Position numbers and translations under genes: made by a program
In this document: positions 47,665 through 56,636 of the stretch, in pieces
Position numbering within the stretch: the stretch's first letter is position 1
How the letters are laid out: every line of letters begins with the position of its first letter
Notes under the pieces: generated by a model
Databases searched by the model: none
Seen by the model: only the letters and a program-made list of their open reading frames with translations
What the model was told of the DNA's origin: nothing
Assembly (NCBI GenBank): GCA_009693055.1
Contig: SHYA01000006.1
Span: 24,272 to 88,271, forward strand
Length of the DNA: 64,000 bases
Direction: 5' to 3'
From: Dehalococcoidia bacterium
GTDB lineage: Bacteria; Chloroflexota; Dehalococcoidia; Lucifugimonadales; SHYT01

Positions 47665-48402
47665 TTAGGCGCCAATCAAGACCAGGAACACCTGGCGTGG
47701 GCCGTGGACGCCGACGACGATCGTTTGCTCGATGTCGCCGGTGCGGCTGGGCCCGCTCACCAGGTTCAGATAGTGCGACAGCCAGCCTTCTCTTGCGATG
47801 CGCTCGTGGCACAGCGCCAGCGCGTCGCCCAGGGTTGGCACCACCTGGTCCGCCTCAACCACCGCCACGTGGACGGGCGGAAGCAGCGACGCGACACGAG
47901 GACGCCCCTGCTGCGAGAGGAGGACAGCGGTGGCCGTCTCCGCCACCATCCACTCCACGCCCGTCACGCCCAGGTCGGCGCCGGCGGCAAGGGTCTGGTA
48001 CTCGTTGGCGTCTTGTCGGGAGGCCTCTCCGGCCGGGGCGTATACCGCGACGCCCTGGGCCGCGAGCGCGGTGTCAATGGGGACACGGGTAAGGACGGGG
48101 TCGTTGGAGCGCACGGCCTGCTTGGCGCCGAGACCCGTGGCGATGCGCGCGACGGCTTGCGCCGCCTCCGCGTGCGTCGGCACCCGCACCACCTCCCACG
48201 TCTGAAGCGGCGCTATACGCAGCAGGGTGGCGATCGCCTCCTGCCGCTGGAGAGGGAGCTGAGCGCGCACCCCCTTCGCGTGCTTCTGCACGTCGTCGGG
48301 CCGCGGGCGCTGCGCGGGCCGGGACGGCGTCTCAGCCTCGCGGGGCTGGCCGCGCCGGACCGCCTCACGCACGTTGTGGAGGAACTCTTCTCTGGATGCC
48401 AA
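47665..48402 (-). CDS. lutC: lactate utilization protein C (LUD domain)
   Basis: LUD/YkgG family size and position after lutB. Confidence 0.7.
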   Translation of the reverse strand: MASREEFLHNVREAVRRGQPREAETPSRPAQRPRPDDVQKHAKGVRAQLPLQRQEAIATLLRIAPLQTWEVVRVPTHAEAAQAVARIATGLGAKQAVRSNDPVLTRVPIDTALAAQGVAVYAPAGEASRQDANEYQTLAAGADLGVTGVEWMVAETATAVLLSQQGRPRVASLLPPVHVAVVEADQVVPTLGDALALCHERIAREGWLSHYLNLVSGPSRTGDIEQTIVVGVHGPRQVFLVLIGA

Positions 48403-48431
48403 GCCTCTCCTTTGTTGGGCGCGCCTGCTGC

Positions 48432-49865
48432 TTAGCGAGTCTCCTTCTCAAGCTTCTTCCACCGGGAGCGAAACGGCCGGGAGGCGACGGCGGGGAAGTC
48501 CCGGGCGCGGGTCCAGGCCCCCAGAGGCGGCGGCAGCCAGCGCAGGCGTCCTCGCCGGACGAACGGGCGCTGGAACCACGAAGCCAGCCTGGTAGCTAAC
48601 CGATAGCTCCAAGCGAAGCGCACCGACAGGTACCAGGCCCGGATGAGCAGCCCTTCCGTAAGGGTGTTGGTGCGGTTCTGGACCCGGCCCTGCGTCTGCT
48701 CGCGGCGAAGGGTGAGCAGCATGCGCGGCAGGTCAATCTTGAGCGGGCAGACATCCTTGCACGCGCCGCAGAGCGTGGAGGCGAAGGGCAGGTCTCTCGC
48801 CTTGGGGAGGCCGATCATGACCGGCGTCACCACGGCGCCGATGGGCCCTGAGTATACCCAGCCGTAAGCGTGCCCGCCCACCGTGGTGTACACGGGGCAG
48901 GCGTTGAGGCACGCGCCGCACCGGATGCACAGCAGCGACTCGCGTAGCTCCGGGTCGCCGAGGAGCCGGGAGCGGCCGTTGTCCAGGATGACCAGGTGGA
49001 ACTCCTCTGGGCCGTCTTCCTCGTCCCTCCGGCGCGGCCCGCTGAACAGCGAGACGTAGCTGGTGATGCGCTGGCCGGTGGCGGAACGCGTGAGCAGCTT
49101 GAGGAACACACCCAGGTCGCGGAACGACGGCACCACGCGTTCCATCCCCATCGTGGCGACGTGGATGCGAGGCAGCGTGGAGCACATGCGGCCGTTCCCC
49201 TCGTTGGTGACAATCGCGATGGTGCCGGACTCCGCGACGGCGAAGTTGGCGCCGGTCATCCCCATGTCCGCGCGCAGGAACTCCTGCCGCAGCGTCTGGC
49301 GCGCGATGGCGGTCAGGCCGGGGATGTCCGCAACGCGTGGCACGCCTAATTCCTTGGCGAACAGCTCCGCGACCTGCTCCTTGGACTTGTGCACCGCCGG
49401 CGCGACGATGTGGTACGGCGGCTCGTGGGCAAGCTGCACGATGTACTCGCCCAGGTCGGTCTCCACCCGCCGGATGCCCTGTTTCTCCAGCAGCTCTGCA
49501 ATGCCCATCTCCTCGGACACCATGGACTTGCTCTTGACCACGGTGCGGACGCCCTTGCGCCTGGCGAGGTCCAGCACGTACTCGTTGGCCTCGTGGGCGG
49601 TGCTGGCGAAGAAGACCTTGCCGCCGGCGCGCTCCACGTTGGTGGCGAGCTGGCCCAGGTAGTGGTCCAGATGCTCCAAGGTGTGCCACTTGATGGCGCG
49701 CGCCTCCTTCTGGAGGGCGGCCCACTGCTCCTGTCCAGTCTCCGCGATGGCGGCGGCGCGGGCTGTGCGGAAGTGCTCCAGGCGCGCGTGGGCGGCCTGG
49801 AGCTGCGGGTCACGCAGGGCCCGCTCGGCGGACTGCTTGAACTGGCGGGTTTTTATTTCAGCCAT
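48432..49865 (-). CDS. lutB: lactate utilization protein B (4Fe-4S, LUD domain)
   Basis: CIRCGACLNACPVY and CGACKDVCP ferredoxin motifs plus a LUD domain; YkgF family. Confidence 0.8.
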   Translation of the reverse strand: MAEIKTRQFKQSAERALRDPQLQAAHARLEHFRTARAAAIAETGQEQWAALQKEARAIKWHTLEHLDHYLGQLATNVERAGGKVFFASTAHEANEYVLDLARRKGVRTVVKSKSMVSEEMGIAELLEKQGIRRVETDLGEYIVQLAHEPPYHIVAPAVHKSKEQVAELFAKELGVPRVADIPGLTAIARQTLRQEFLRADMGMTGANFAVAESGTIAIVTNEGNGRMCSTLPRIHVATMGMERVVPSFRDLGVFLKLLTRSATGQRITSYVSLFSGPRRRDEEDGPEEFHLVILDNGRSRLLGDPELRESLLCIRCGACLNACPVYTTVGGHAYGWVYSGPIGAVVTPVMIGLPKARDLPFASTLCGACKDVCPLKIDLPRMLLTLRREQTQGRVQNRTNTLTEGLLIRAWYLSVRFAWSYRLATRLASWFQRPFVRRGRLRWLPPPLGAWTRARDFPAVASRPFRSRWKKLEKETR

Positions 49866-50613
49866 GATCAGCGACCCTATCTGGTAGGCCCATTCCCAAC
49901 ACCTCCGCCAGGTGGAGGGCGCGGATCGGAGAGCCTTGGCGGCTCAGCGCGCCGCCAAGGTGCATCAGGCAGCTCGCGTCCAGGGCGGTGACCACGTCGG
50001 CGCCGCTCTTCTGAATGGAGGCGAGCTTGTCCCGCAGCAGCGCCTCGGAGATGTCGGGGAACTTGACGGCGAACGTGCCGCCAAAGCCGCAGCACCGCTG
50101 CGCGTTCTCCAGCTCCACGAGCTCCAGGCCCTGGAGGTTGCGGAGCAGGGTGCGCGGCTCCTCGCTGAGGCCCAGCTCCCGCAGGGCGTGGCAGGACTCG
50201 TGATACGTGGCCTTCAAGGGCGTGCGGAGGCGCAGGCCCAGGTCGCTTTTGCCAAGCACCTTGACCAGGTACTCAGAGAGCTCATACGTGCGGGCGGCGG
50301 TTTCCGCTGCCTGCGCGCGGACGGCGTCCGGATCAAACTGGAGGAGGTGCCGGTAGAAGACGCGGACCATGGTGGCGCAGGAGCCGGAGGGGGCCACGAT
50401 CGGGCGGCCGTCGGCGAAGAGCCGGAGGAAGCGGCGGGCCAGGCGACGCGCTTCGTTGTGGTAGCCCGCGTTGTACGCGAGCTGGCCGCAGCAGGTCTGG
50501 CCGCTGGGAAAGTCCAGATCAACCCCGGCGCGACGGAGCACTTTGACCGCCGCCTCCCCAACCTGGGGGAACAGCTGGTCCACAACGCACGTGACAAACA
50601 GGTTTGCTTCCAT
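49858..50613 (-). CDS. lutA: lactate utilization protein A ((Fe-S) oxidoreductase with CCG domains)
   Basis: LFVTCVVD...QTCCGQ and CCGFGG CCG-domain motifs. ATG at 50613; the longer track ORF would run over a tRNA gene. Confidence 0.8.
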   Translation of the reverse strand: MEANLFVTCVVDQLFPQVGEAAVKVLRRAGVDLDFPSGQTCCGQLAYNAGYHNEARRLARRFLRLFADGRPIVAPSGSCATMVRVFYRHLLQFDPDAVRAQAAETAARTYELSEYLVKVLGKSDLGLRLRTPLKATYHESCHALRELGLSEEPRTLLRNLQGLELVELENAQRCCGFGGTFAVKFPDISEALLRDKLASIQKSGADVVTALDASCLMHLGGALSRQGSPIRALHLAEVLGMGLPDRVADHG

Positions 50614-50730
50614 GGCACCCACCGCAGAAGAGGTCTGAACGAAGAATACGGTACGGGACAGAGAGGAAGCAAGCGACGTAGAGGACAAAGAGCGTCCCAA
50701 GCAGGCAGGGCTGTCTCGAGGAGCGTGTGT

Positions 50731-50826
50731 TGGCGGGAGCGGGAGGGAGTCGAACCCACCTGTCCCGACACGTCGGGACACGCCGGTTTTGAAGACCGGG
50801 AGAGCCACCGGGCCCCATCCACCCCC
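50731..50826 (-). tRNA. selC: tRNA-Sec (selC), anticodon TCA
   Basis: Minus strand, 96 nt. 8-bp acceptor stem GGGGGTGG/CCGCTCCC (2 G-U pairs). 6-bp D stem GGGGCC/GGCTCT with 4-nt loop CGGT. Anticodon stem CCGGT/ACCGG with loop CTTCAAA. Long variable arm (TGTCCCGA cgtg TCGGGACA). T loop TTCGACT. Discriminator G and CCA. Confidence 0.85.
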
Positions 50827-50939
50827 ATCCGGCGCTAGAGGAATTCGTGAATTCGTGACAGACGCCGACGCGCCTGCGGGCTACGAGCAGCGCGTAGGGG
50901 GCGCGTTACTGGACTTGAGCGGCGTGCTCTCAGAAGGAG

Positions 50940-51275
50940 CTATTTGACGGGGGTTAAGACCGCCTCAATCCGCTTCTTGAGCACGCTCTTGCCGACGGCG
51001 CCCACGACCTGCTCCACCGGCTTGCCGTCCCGGAAGAGGATGAGGGTGGGGATGCCGCGGATGTTGTAGGTGGCCGGCGTGTTGGCGTTGGCGTCCACGT
51101 CCATCTTGGTGAACTTCACCTTGCCGTCGTACTCCTGTGCAAGCTCCTCAACGATGGGAGCAATCATCTTGCACGGGTGGCACCAGTCCGCCCAAAAGTC
51201 AACCAACACGGGCTGCTTTGCTTTCAGCACCTCGGAGTCAAACGTCGCGTCGGATACTTCAATTGGCTTCGCCAC
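50940..51275 (-). CDS. trxA: thioredoxin with atypical WCHPC active site
   Basis: Collinear with classical TrxA ([17 protein letters not shown]...[10 protein letters not shown]). GTG at 51275 lies 4 nt after GGGAGGA; the track ORF extends to 51335. Confidence 0.85.
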   Translation of the reverse strand: MAKPIEVSDATFDSEVLKAKQPVLVDFWADWCHPCKMIAPIVEELAQEYDGKVKFTKMDVDANANTPATYNIRGIPTLILFRDGKPVEQVVGAVGKSVLKKRIEAVLTPVK

Positions 51276-51421
51276 AGGTTCCTCCCTGCTCCTGACCGCC
51301 AGGCCTGGACTTTCCGTCCTTGCCGCAGTCCGCAACGGCGTGGCTCATTGAGGGCTTGCCATTACTCGGAGCGTGTGCTTCCAGTTTACGGAATGCGTAC
51401 GCGGCCGTCAACCGCCGCGCG

Positions 51422-51450
51422 TTGACGCCCTCAGGCGACGGTGTTAGATT
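51422..51450 (+). promoter_or_regulatory. candidate promoter of the thiG unit (TTGACG - 17 nt - TAGATT)
   Basis: Hexamers at 51422-51427 and 51445-51450, about 20 nt upstream of the TPP aptamer. Confidence 0.5.
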
Positions 51451-51471
51451 GGGACTGACGTCAATCAAGAC

Positions 51472-51606
<135 letters not shown>

Positions 51607-51622
51607 GAAAGGAGGGGAAAAT

Positions 51623-52417
51623 ATGCACGACCCCCTGGTGATTGCCGGCAAGGAGTTCCGTTCCCGCCTCTTCGGCGGCACCGGACGGTTCCGGAACAAC
51701 GCCGAGATGGTGGCGGCGCTGGATGCGTCCGGATGCCAGCTCGTGACGGTCGCCATCCGGCGGCTTGACCTGGACAACCCACACGAGAAGACGGTCCTTG
51801 ACCTCATCGACTGGGAGCGGTACACGGTTCTGCCGAACACGGCGGGCTGCAAGACTGCCGAGGAGGCGGTGTTCACCGCCAAGCTGGGGCGGGAGGTGAC
51901 CGGCTCCAACTGGGTGAAGCTGGAGGTGATTCCAGACCCCAAGTACCTGTTTCCTGACGCGGAGGGCACGCTGCGGGCGGCGGAGAAGCTGGTGAAAGAG
52001 GGCTTTGTGGTGCTGCCGTACATCAACGCCGACCCGGTGCTCGCCACGCGCCTGGAGGAGATTGGCTGCGCCACCGTGATGCCGCTTGGCTCCGCCATTG
52101 GCTCCGGGCAGGGCATCCACACGCGGGACGAGCTGGAGATCATCATCAGCAACGCCAAGGTGCCGGTTGTCGTGGATGCGGGGCTGGGCGTTCCCTCAGA
52201 TGCGAGCCAGGCGATGGAGATGGGCGCCGCGGCGGTGCTGGTCAACACGGCCATCGCGCAGGCCAAGGACCCGGTGCTGATGGCCGAGGCGTTCTGCCTG
52301 GGCGTTGAGGCGGGCCGGAAGGCGTACCTGGCCGGGCGCATCGCGCGCAAGGGCTACGCCCAACCCAGCAGCCCCACGACCGGCATGGTGCAGATGGTGG
52401 GCAAGCGGTCCCGCTAG
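51623..52417 (+). CDS. thiG: thiazole synthase
   Basis: [19 protein letters not shown] and [12 protein letters not shown] motifs. ATG at 51623 with a GGAGGGG SD. Confidence 0.9.
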   Translation: MHDPLVIAGKEFRSRLFGGTGRFRNNAEMVAALDASGCQLVTVAIRRLDLDNPHEKTVLDLIDWERYTVLPNTAGCKTAEEAVFTAKLGREVTGSNWVKLEVIPDPKYLFPDAEGTLRAAEKLVKEGFVVLPYINADPVLATRLEEIGCATVMPLGSAIGSGQGIHTRDELEIIISNAKVPVVVDAGLGVPSDASQAMEMGAAAVLVNTAIAQAKDPVLMAEAFCLGVEAGRKAYLAGRIARKGYAQPSSPTTGMVQMVGKRSR

Positions 52418-52419
52418 TC

Positions 52420-53076
52420 ATGCAGCGCATCGTGAAGCCGTGCCTTGTCCTGGTCACCGACCGGCGCCTGTGTCCCGACGGCTCGTTCGCTGCCCGCGTG
52501 GAAGCGGCGGTGCAGGGGGGAGTGGACGTGGTGCAGCTCAGGGAGAAGGATCTCCCGGCGGGCGAACTGTACCGGCTGGCCCTGGAGCTGAAGGAGCGGA
52601 TCGGGGGCAGGGCGCTGTTCGTGGTGAACGACCGGGTTGACATCGCCCTTGCCGTCGGAGCGGACGGTGTTCAGCTTGGCGAGGCGGGCCTTCCGGCTGC
52701 CATCGCCCGTGCCTTGCTCCGCTACGGCATGGTCATTGGGCGGTCGGTCCACTCCGCTGAGGGAGCCGCGCAAGCGGAAGCGGAGGGTGCGGACTTCCTG
52801 GTGCTGGGGACGGTGTTTCCGTCGCGCTCGCATCCGGATGAGGCAGCGGCAGGCCTCCGCCTTGTGGAGAAGACGCGGGGCAAGGTCTCCGTGCCGCTCC
52901 TCGCGATCGGCGGCGTGACCGAGCAGAACGCGGCGATGTGCCTGGAGGCGGGCGCGGATGGCGTAGCGGTGGTCTCCGCGATTCTGGCGACGCCTGACTC
53001 CCGCATTGCCGCCCAGCGGCTCAAGCAGGTCCTCCACAAGGCTTGGGGCTCGCAAGCCGCCGCCGCAGCCAAATAG
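52420..53076 (+). CDS. thiE: thiamine-phosphate synthase
   Basis: VQLREKD..., NDRVDIALAVGADGVQLG and AIGG... patterns of ThiE. Confidence 0.85.
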   Translation: MQRIVKPCLVLVTDRRLCPDGSFAARVEAAVQGGVDVVQLREKDLPAGELYRLALELKERIGGRALFVVNDRVDIALAVGADGVQLGEAGLPAAIARALLRYGMVIGRSVHSAEGAAQAEAEGADFLVLGTVFPSRSHPDEAAAGLRLVEKTRGKVSVPLLAIGGVTEQNAAMCLEAGADGVAVVSAILATPDSRIAAQRLKQVLHKAWGSQAAAAAK

Positions 53077-53085
53077 GGCACGAAC

Positions 53086-53289
53086 ATGATCGTCGTCACC
53101 GTCAACGGCAAGAAACGTCAGCTGAACGACCCGACCAGCCTGATGGAGTTCCTCCAGGGGCTCAAGGTGAACTTCAAGTTTCTCGCCGTGGGGTACAACG
53201 GAGAGGTCGTCCCCAAGCGCGACTACGGGGCGGTGGTCTTGCAGGACGGGGACGTGCTTGAGATTGTGAAGCCTATCGGCGGCGGGTAG
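53086..53289 (+). CDS. thiS: sulfur carrier protein ThiS
   Basis: 67 aa, ubiquitin-like, C-terminal GG. Follows thiE. Confidence 0.8.
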   Translation: MIVVTVNGKKRQLNDPTSLMEFLQGLKVNFKFLAVGYNGEVVPKRDYGAVVLQDGDVLEIVKPIGGG

Positions 53290-53518
53290 CGCCATGCCAC
53301 GAGCAGTAAGCAGAAAGCAGGAAGCAGGTACTTCCGGCCTTTCCCTCTTGAAGTGCTTCAGCGGCGGGTCTCTTGCACCGCAAACTCGGACACCATATAG
53401 TCGGATGACCTGATGACTTAGGGCCCCTAGGCGCTGAGAATGTAACGCCTCGGGAGGGGCCGTTGGCGCGCGCGGCTCATCGGAGCAGTGTCTGAGCAGA
53501 CGCGAAGAAGGGGGACGT

Positions 53519-54160
53519 ATGGACTTCTTTGAAGTAGTGCACACGCAGCGGGCGATCCGGAGATTCAAGCCCGACCCGGTGTCGGAGGAGGCGCTCTGGA
53601 CGATGCTGGACGCGGCAATCCGCGCACCCAGCGGCAGCAACTCGCAACCCTGGAGATGGCTAGTCGTCCGCAACAGGGCCAGGCGCGAGGTGATTAGCAA
53701 AGCGGTCCGGGAGCGGTTTGTCACACCCGATTTCCTGGAGCAGATGCGCCAGATGGCCGAGAAGGCAGCGAGCCCCACGGAGCGGCGTATGCTGCTCGGC
53801 GCGGCCGACTTTTTCCGCGACGTGGCCGCGGCGCCCGTCCTTCTCATCCCCTGTCTGTACCAGATCAGCTCGCCCACCGATGACCCACGGGGTCTGTTGG
53901 CCGGCTCGTCCATCTACGGCGCGGTGCAGAACCTGCTGCTGGCGGGACGCGCCCTTGGCATTGGCACGGTGCTCACTACCTTCCACGCCGGCATGGAGGA
54001 CATGCTCCGGAAGGAGTTCCACTTGCCGGAGGACGCTGTTCCCACGTGCGTGGTTGCCGTGGGGTATCCTGACAGCCAGCGCTTTGGGCCTACCACGCGC
54101 AAGCCCGTGGACACCGTGACCTACTGGGACGACTGGGGCGTGGCGCGGAGGCGGGTCTAA
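53519..54160 (+). CDS. nitroreductase family protein
   Basis: FEVVHTQRAIRRFKPDPV...APSGSNSQPWRW is the typical nitroreductase N-terminus. Confidence 0.8.
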   Translation: MDFFEVVHTQRAIRRFKPDPVSEEALWTMLDAAIRAPSGSNSQPWRWLVVRNRARREVISKAVRERFVTPDFLEQMRQMAEKAASPTERRMLLGAADFFRDVAAAPVLLIPCLYQISSPTDDPRGLLAGSSIYGAVQNLLLAGRALGIGTVLTTFHAGMEDMLRKEFHLPEDAVPTCVVAVGYPDSQRFGPTTRKPVDTVTYWDDWGVARRRV

Positions 54161-54226
54161 GCGCGTTCTCCCGACGGCAGAGCTGGGCAGCACTCGTGCC
54201 GTTCTGCGAGGCGAGGGAAGGAAACC

Positions 54227-54742
54227 GTGACGGTCAGAAAAGAACCAAGGCGTCGCCAAGGGCCAAAAACGGGGCGCCCGCGCATGGCCGCGGACTATGG
54301 CGTTGACCCCGCGAGCACCCGGGGGATGCTTCCTTGAAGGTCCGCTCGGAAGGGCTTGAGCAGCTCGCGCAACCACTGGGTGGCAACCACGCGCCCTGAT
54401 GGGAGGCCGCATGTGATGCCGGTCTGAGGCCTGTGGATGGATGGCCGGTTTTATTTTTCAACCGACTCGGCATCGTGCAAGGGCCGCAACCTGGCCGCGA
54501 ACCCCAACGCCGTCATGCACCTTGAGAGCGGGGACGACGTGGCGGTCGTTGAAGGCAGGGCCGAGGAGGTCATGGAGCGTGGCGTCCTCCGGCGTTTCGC
54601 GGCGGCGTACAAGAAGAAGTATGACTTCCTGCCCGACGTCAACAGCGCCTCGTCCAGGGTTTATTGCTTGCGCCCCCAGGCCGTGTTTGCGTGGGAGGAG
54701 AGGGACTTTCCCAGCAGCGCGACGCGCTGGGCGTTCCGCTAG
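54227..54742 (+). pseudogene. pyridoxamine 5'-phosphate oxidase (PPOX, FMN/F420 split-barrel) family gene interrupted by two in-frame TGA codons
   Basis: Reading from GTG 54227 (SD AGGGAAGGA): ...ADYGVDPASTRGMLP-TGA(54335)-RSARKGLSSSRNHWVATTRPDGRPHVMPV-TGA(54425)-GLWMDGRFYFSTDSASCKGRNLAANP... Only the last 101 codons (54437..54742) form an ATG ORF. Confidence 0.65.
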
Positions 54743-54818
54743 GGCAACGTAAGGACCTCACCCCAGGTTGGCGCATCCACGCTGGTGGATACCACGTTCC
54801 CGAGAGGGGGTGCAAACC

Positions 54819-55634
54819 CTATCGCCGCAGCCGCCACATGTGGTTCAAAGGCCCGTGGCCGTGGCCGATCGGGAGGGCCTTCTGCATTGCGTGGGCGACG
54901 TACCGTTTGGCCTTGACGGCGGCCTCCAGTGGACTGTAGCCGAGCGCCAGGTACGCCGCGATAGCGGACGCAAACGTGCAGCCTGTGCCGTGGGTGCTGG
55001 TGGTCTGGACACGCCTCCCGGTGAGTTCGCGGCACGTTGTGCCGTCATAGAAGACGTCTACCGGGGGGCCGGCGAGGTGTCCACCCTTCACGACCACGCT
55101 CTTGGCGCCCATGCGGTGCACAATCTCCTTGGCGGCTTCCCTGGCGTCTGCCAATGTGAGGATCGGCCTGCCCGTAAGCGCCGCCGCCTCGGGCAGGTTA
55201 GGTGTCACCACCGTCGCGAGCGGGATGAGGGCGGTCCGCAGCACATGGAGCGCTTCCTCGCGGAGCAGCCGGTCGCCGCCCTTCGCCACCATCACCGGGT
55301 CCACCACCACGCGGTCAAGCCCGTGCCGGCGCAGCCGTTCCACGACCACCTCAATGATGGGGGCGCTGCAGAGCATGCCGATCTTGACCACGTCTACGCC
55401 GATGTCGCTGACCACGGCGTCAATTTGGGCGGCCACCAGTTGGGGCGGGAGCTCGTGCACCGCGATTACGGCCAGGGTGTTTTGCGCGGTGACCGCGGTG
55501 AGCGCCGACGTGCCGTACACGCCCAGGGCGGCGAACGTCTTGAGGTCGGCCTGGATACCGGCGCCGCCGCCGGAGTCAGACCCCGCGACGGTCAGAACGA
55601 CGCGTGGGCGGGCGGCAGGTCGCGGCCTGGTCAC
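54819..55634 (-). CDS. thiD: hydroxymethylpyrimidine/phosphomethylpyrimidine kinase
   Basis: [21 protein letters not shown] and [12 protein letters not shown] motifs. GTG at 55634 overlaps the stop of the upstream gene (GTGA); the track ORF extends to 55739. Confidence 0.85.
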   Translation of the reverse strand: MTRPRPAARPRVVLTVAGSDSGGGAGIQADLKTFAALGVYGTSALTAVTAQNTLAVIAVHELPPQLVAAQIDAVVSDIGVDVVKIGMLCSAPIIEVVVERLRRHGLDRVVVDPVMVAKGGDRLLREEALHVLRTALIPLATVVTPNLPEAAALTGRPILTLADAREAAKEIVHRMGAKSVVVKGGHLAGPPVDVFYDGTTCRELTGRRVQTTSTHGTGCTFASAIAAYLALGYSPLEAAVKAKRYVAHAMQKALPIGHGHGPLNHMWRLRR

Positions 55635-56635
55635 TTTTGCACCAGTTCGGCGATGAAGCCGTTGGTAAACGCTTCCTCGGCCTTCACCGGCTTGGCCAAG
55701 AGCTGCCGGGCGTCCATCCACCGGATGAAGTCCTGCCATTGCTCAGTGGTCTGCCAGCCAAAGCTCGGCACGCCGTCCGTCCACGCGGGCGCGAGAAGGC
55801 GGATTCCACGCTCTTCAAGGGCGCGGTTGCCCTCAATCTCCGGGTTCTGCTTGACCAGCGTGTCCACCGCGTTGTCCAGGTTGGCTGCCGCCTCGTTATA
55901 GCCGCGGAGCATTGCCTGCAGCAGGCGAAACACGATATGGGGCTTCACCTTGAGCATCGTCTCGTTGGTCACGAGCACCAGCTCGTAGAAGTCCGGCACC
56001 CCCCACTCTTCCATCCGGAGGATGGTGACTTGCTCGCCTTGCTGCTCGGCCAAGATGTTCTCGTGAGTCCAGTACGCGCCTACGACGGCGTCCACGCGCT
56101 TGGAGAGCAGGGCGGGGACGAGGTCGAAGCCTATGTTGACGAGCTTGACCGTGCTGAAGTCGCCGCCGTCGTGCTCCACCATGGTCTTGAGCAGCGGTTC
56201 GTCAAGCGGAATGCCGGGGTAGCCGACGGTTTTCCCGCTGAGGTCTCGCGGCCGGGTGATGCCTGACGACGTGAGCGCCATGACGGAGTTGAGAGGGTGT
56301 TGCACCAGCCCGGCGACTGAGACTACGGGAATACCGGCCGCACGCGCCAGGAGCACGTCAGGCTGGTAGCTGATGCCAAAGTCGTCTTTGCCGGCGCCTA
56401 CCGTTTGCAGCACGGTTGACGGGTCGGAGGGCGTGTACATCCGGACGTCCAGGTCCTCCTCCGTGAAGTAGCCGCGCTCCTGTGCGATGAAGAGGCCGGC
56501 GTGGTTGGCGTTCGGGTACCAGTCCAGGGCGAGGCTCACGCTCTCCCGGTCGTCACCGCCACAACCGGCGGCAAACAATAGGAGAGCGATGCCCAGAATG
56601 ACGACCAAAAGCGCGGTTGTGCGGCGCATGCTCAC
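55631..56635 (-). CDS. thiY: NMT1/THI5-like ABC substrate-binding lipoprotein (ThiY-type pyrimidine-precursor binding protein)
   Basis: Lipobox FAAGCGG and [15 protein letters not shown], typical of the NMT1/THI5-like family. Lies in a TPP-riboswitch-controlled operon with thiD. Confidence 0.7.
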   Translation of the reverse strand: MSMRRTTALLVVILGIALLLFAAGCGGDDRESVSLALDWYPNANHAGLFIAQERGYFTEEDLDVRMYTPSDPSTVLQTVGAGKDDFGISYQPDVLLARAAGIPVVSVAGLVQHPLNSVMALTSSGITRPRDLSGKTVGYPGIPLDEPLLKTMVEHDGGDFSTVKLVNIGFDLVPALLSKRVDAVVGAYWTHENILAEQQGEQVTILRMEEWGVPDFYELVLVTNETMLKVKPHIVFRLLQAMLRGYNEAAANLDNAVDTLVKQNPEIEGNRALEERGIRLLAPAWTDGVPSFGWQTTEQWQDFIRWMDARQLLAKPVKAEEAFTNGFIAELVQK

Positions 56636-56636
56636 C

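Noticed and set aside
50761-50780. GTCCCGAC...GTCGGGAC hairpin shared by the selC variable arm, the 33103 repeat and the 60611 terminator, as evidence of a mobile element inside selC
   Set aside because: In selC the hairpin is simply the expected long variable arm of tRNA-Sec. The shared 8-mer is short and G+C-rich, so coincidence is the economical explanation.
50850-50866. Possible CRISPR or tandem-repeat arrays: GAATTCGT x2 at 50850-50866 and AAGCAG(A/G) x3 at 53309-53329
   Set aside because: They are only 2-3 units of 7-8 bp, with no spacers and no cas genes. Too short to be anything but chance microrepeats.
52414-53913. 499-aa minus-strand ORF
   Set aside because: It is antisense to thiE, thiS and the nitroreductase gene, all of which have clear family signatures. 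No recognisable domain; a typical high-G+C shadow ORF.
54335-54427. Reading the two in-frame TGA codons of the PPOX gene as selenocysteine (selC is nearby)
   Set aside because: Both positions correspond to Trp, not Cys or redox residues, in the family pattern as I recall it. I see no convincing SECIS-like stem-loop just 3' of either TGA. A genome-wide TGA=Trp code is excluded because neighbouring genes terminate at TGA.
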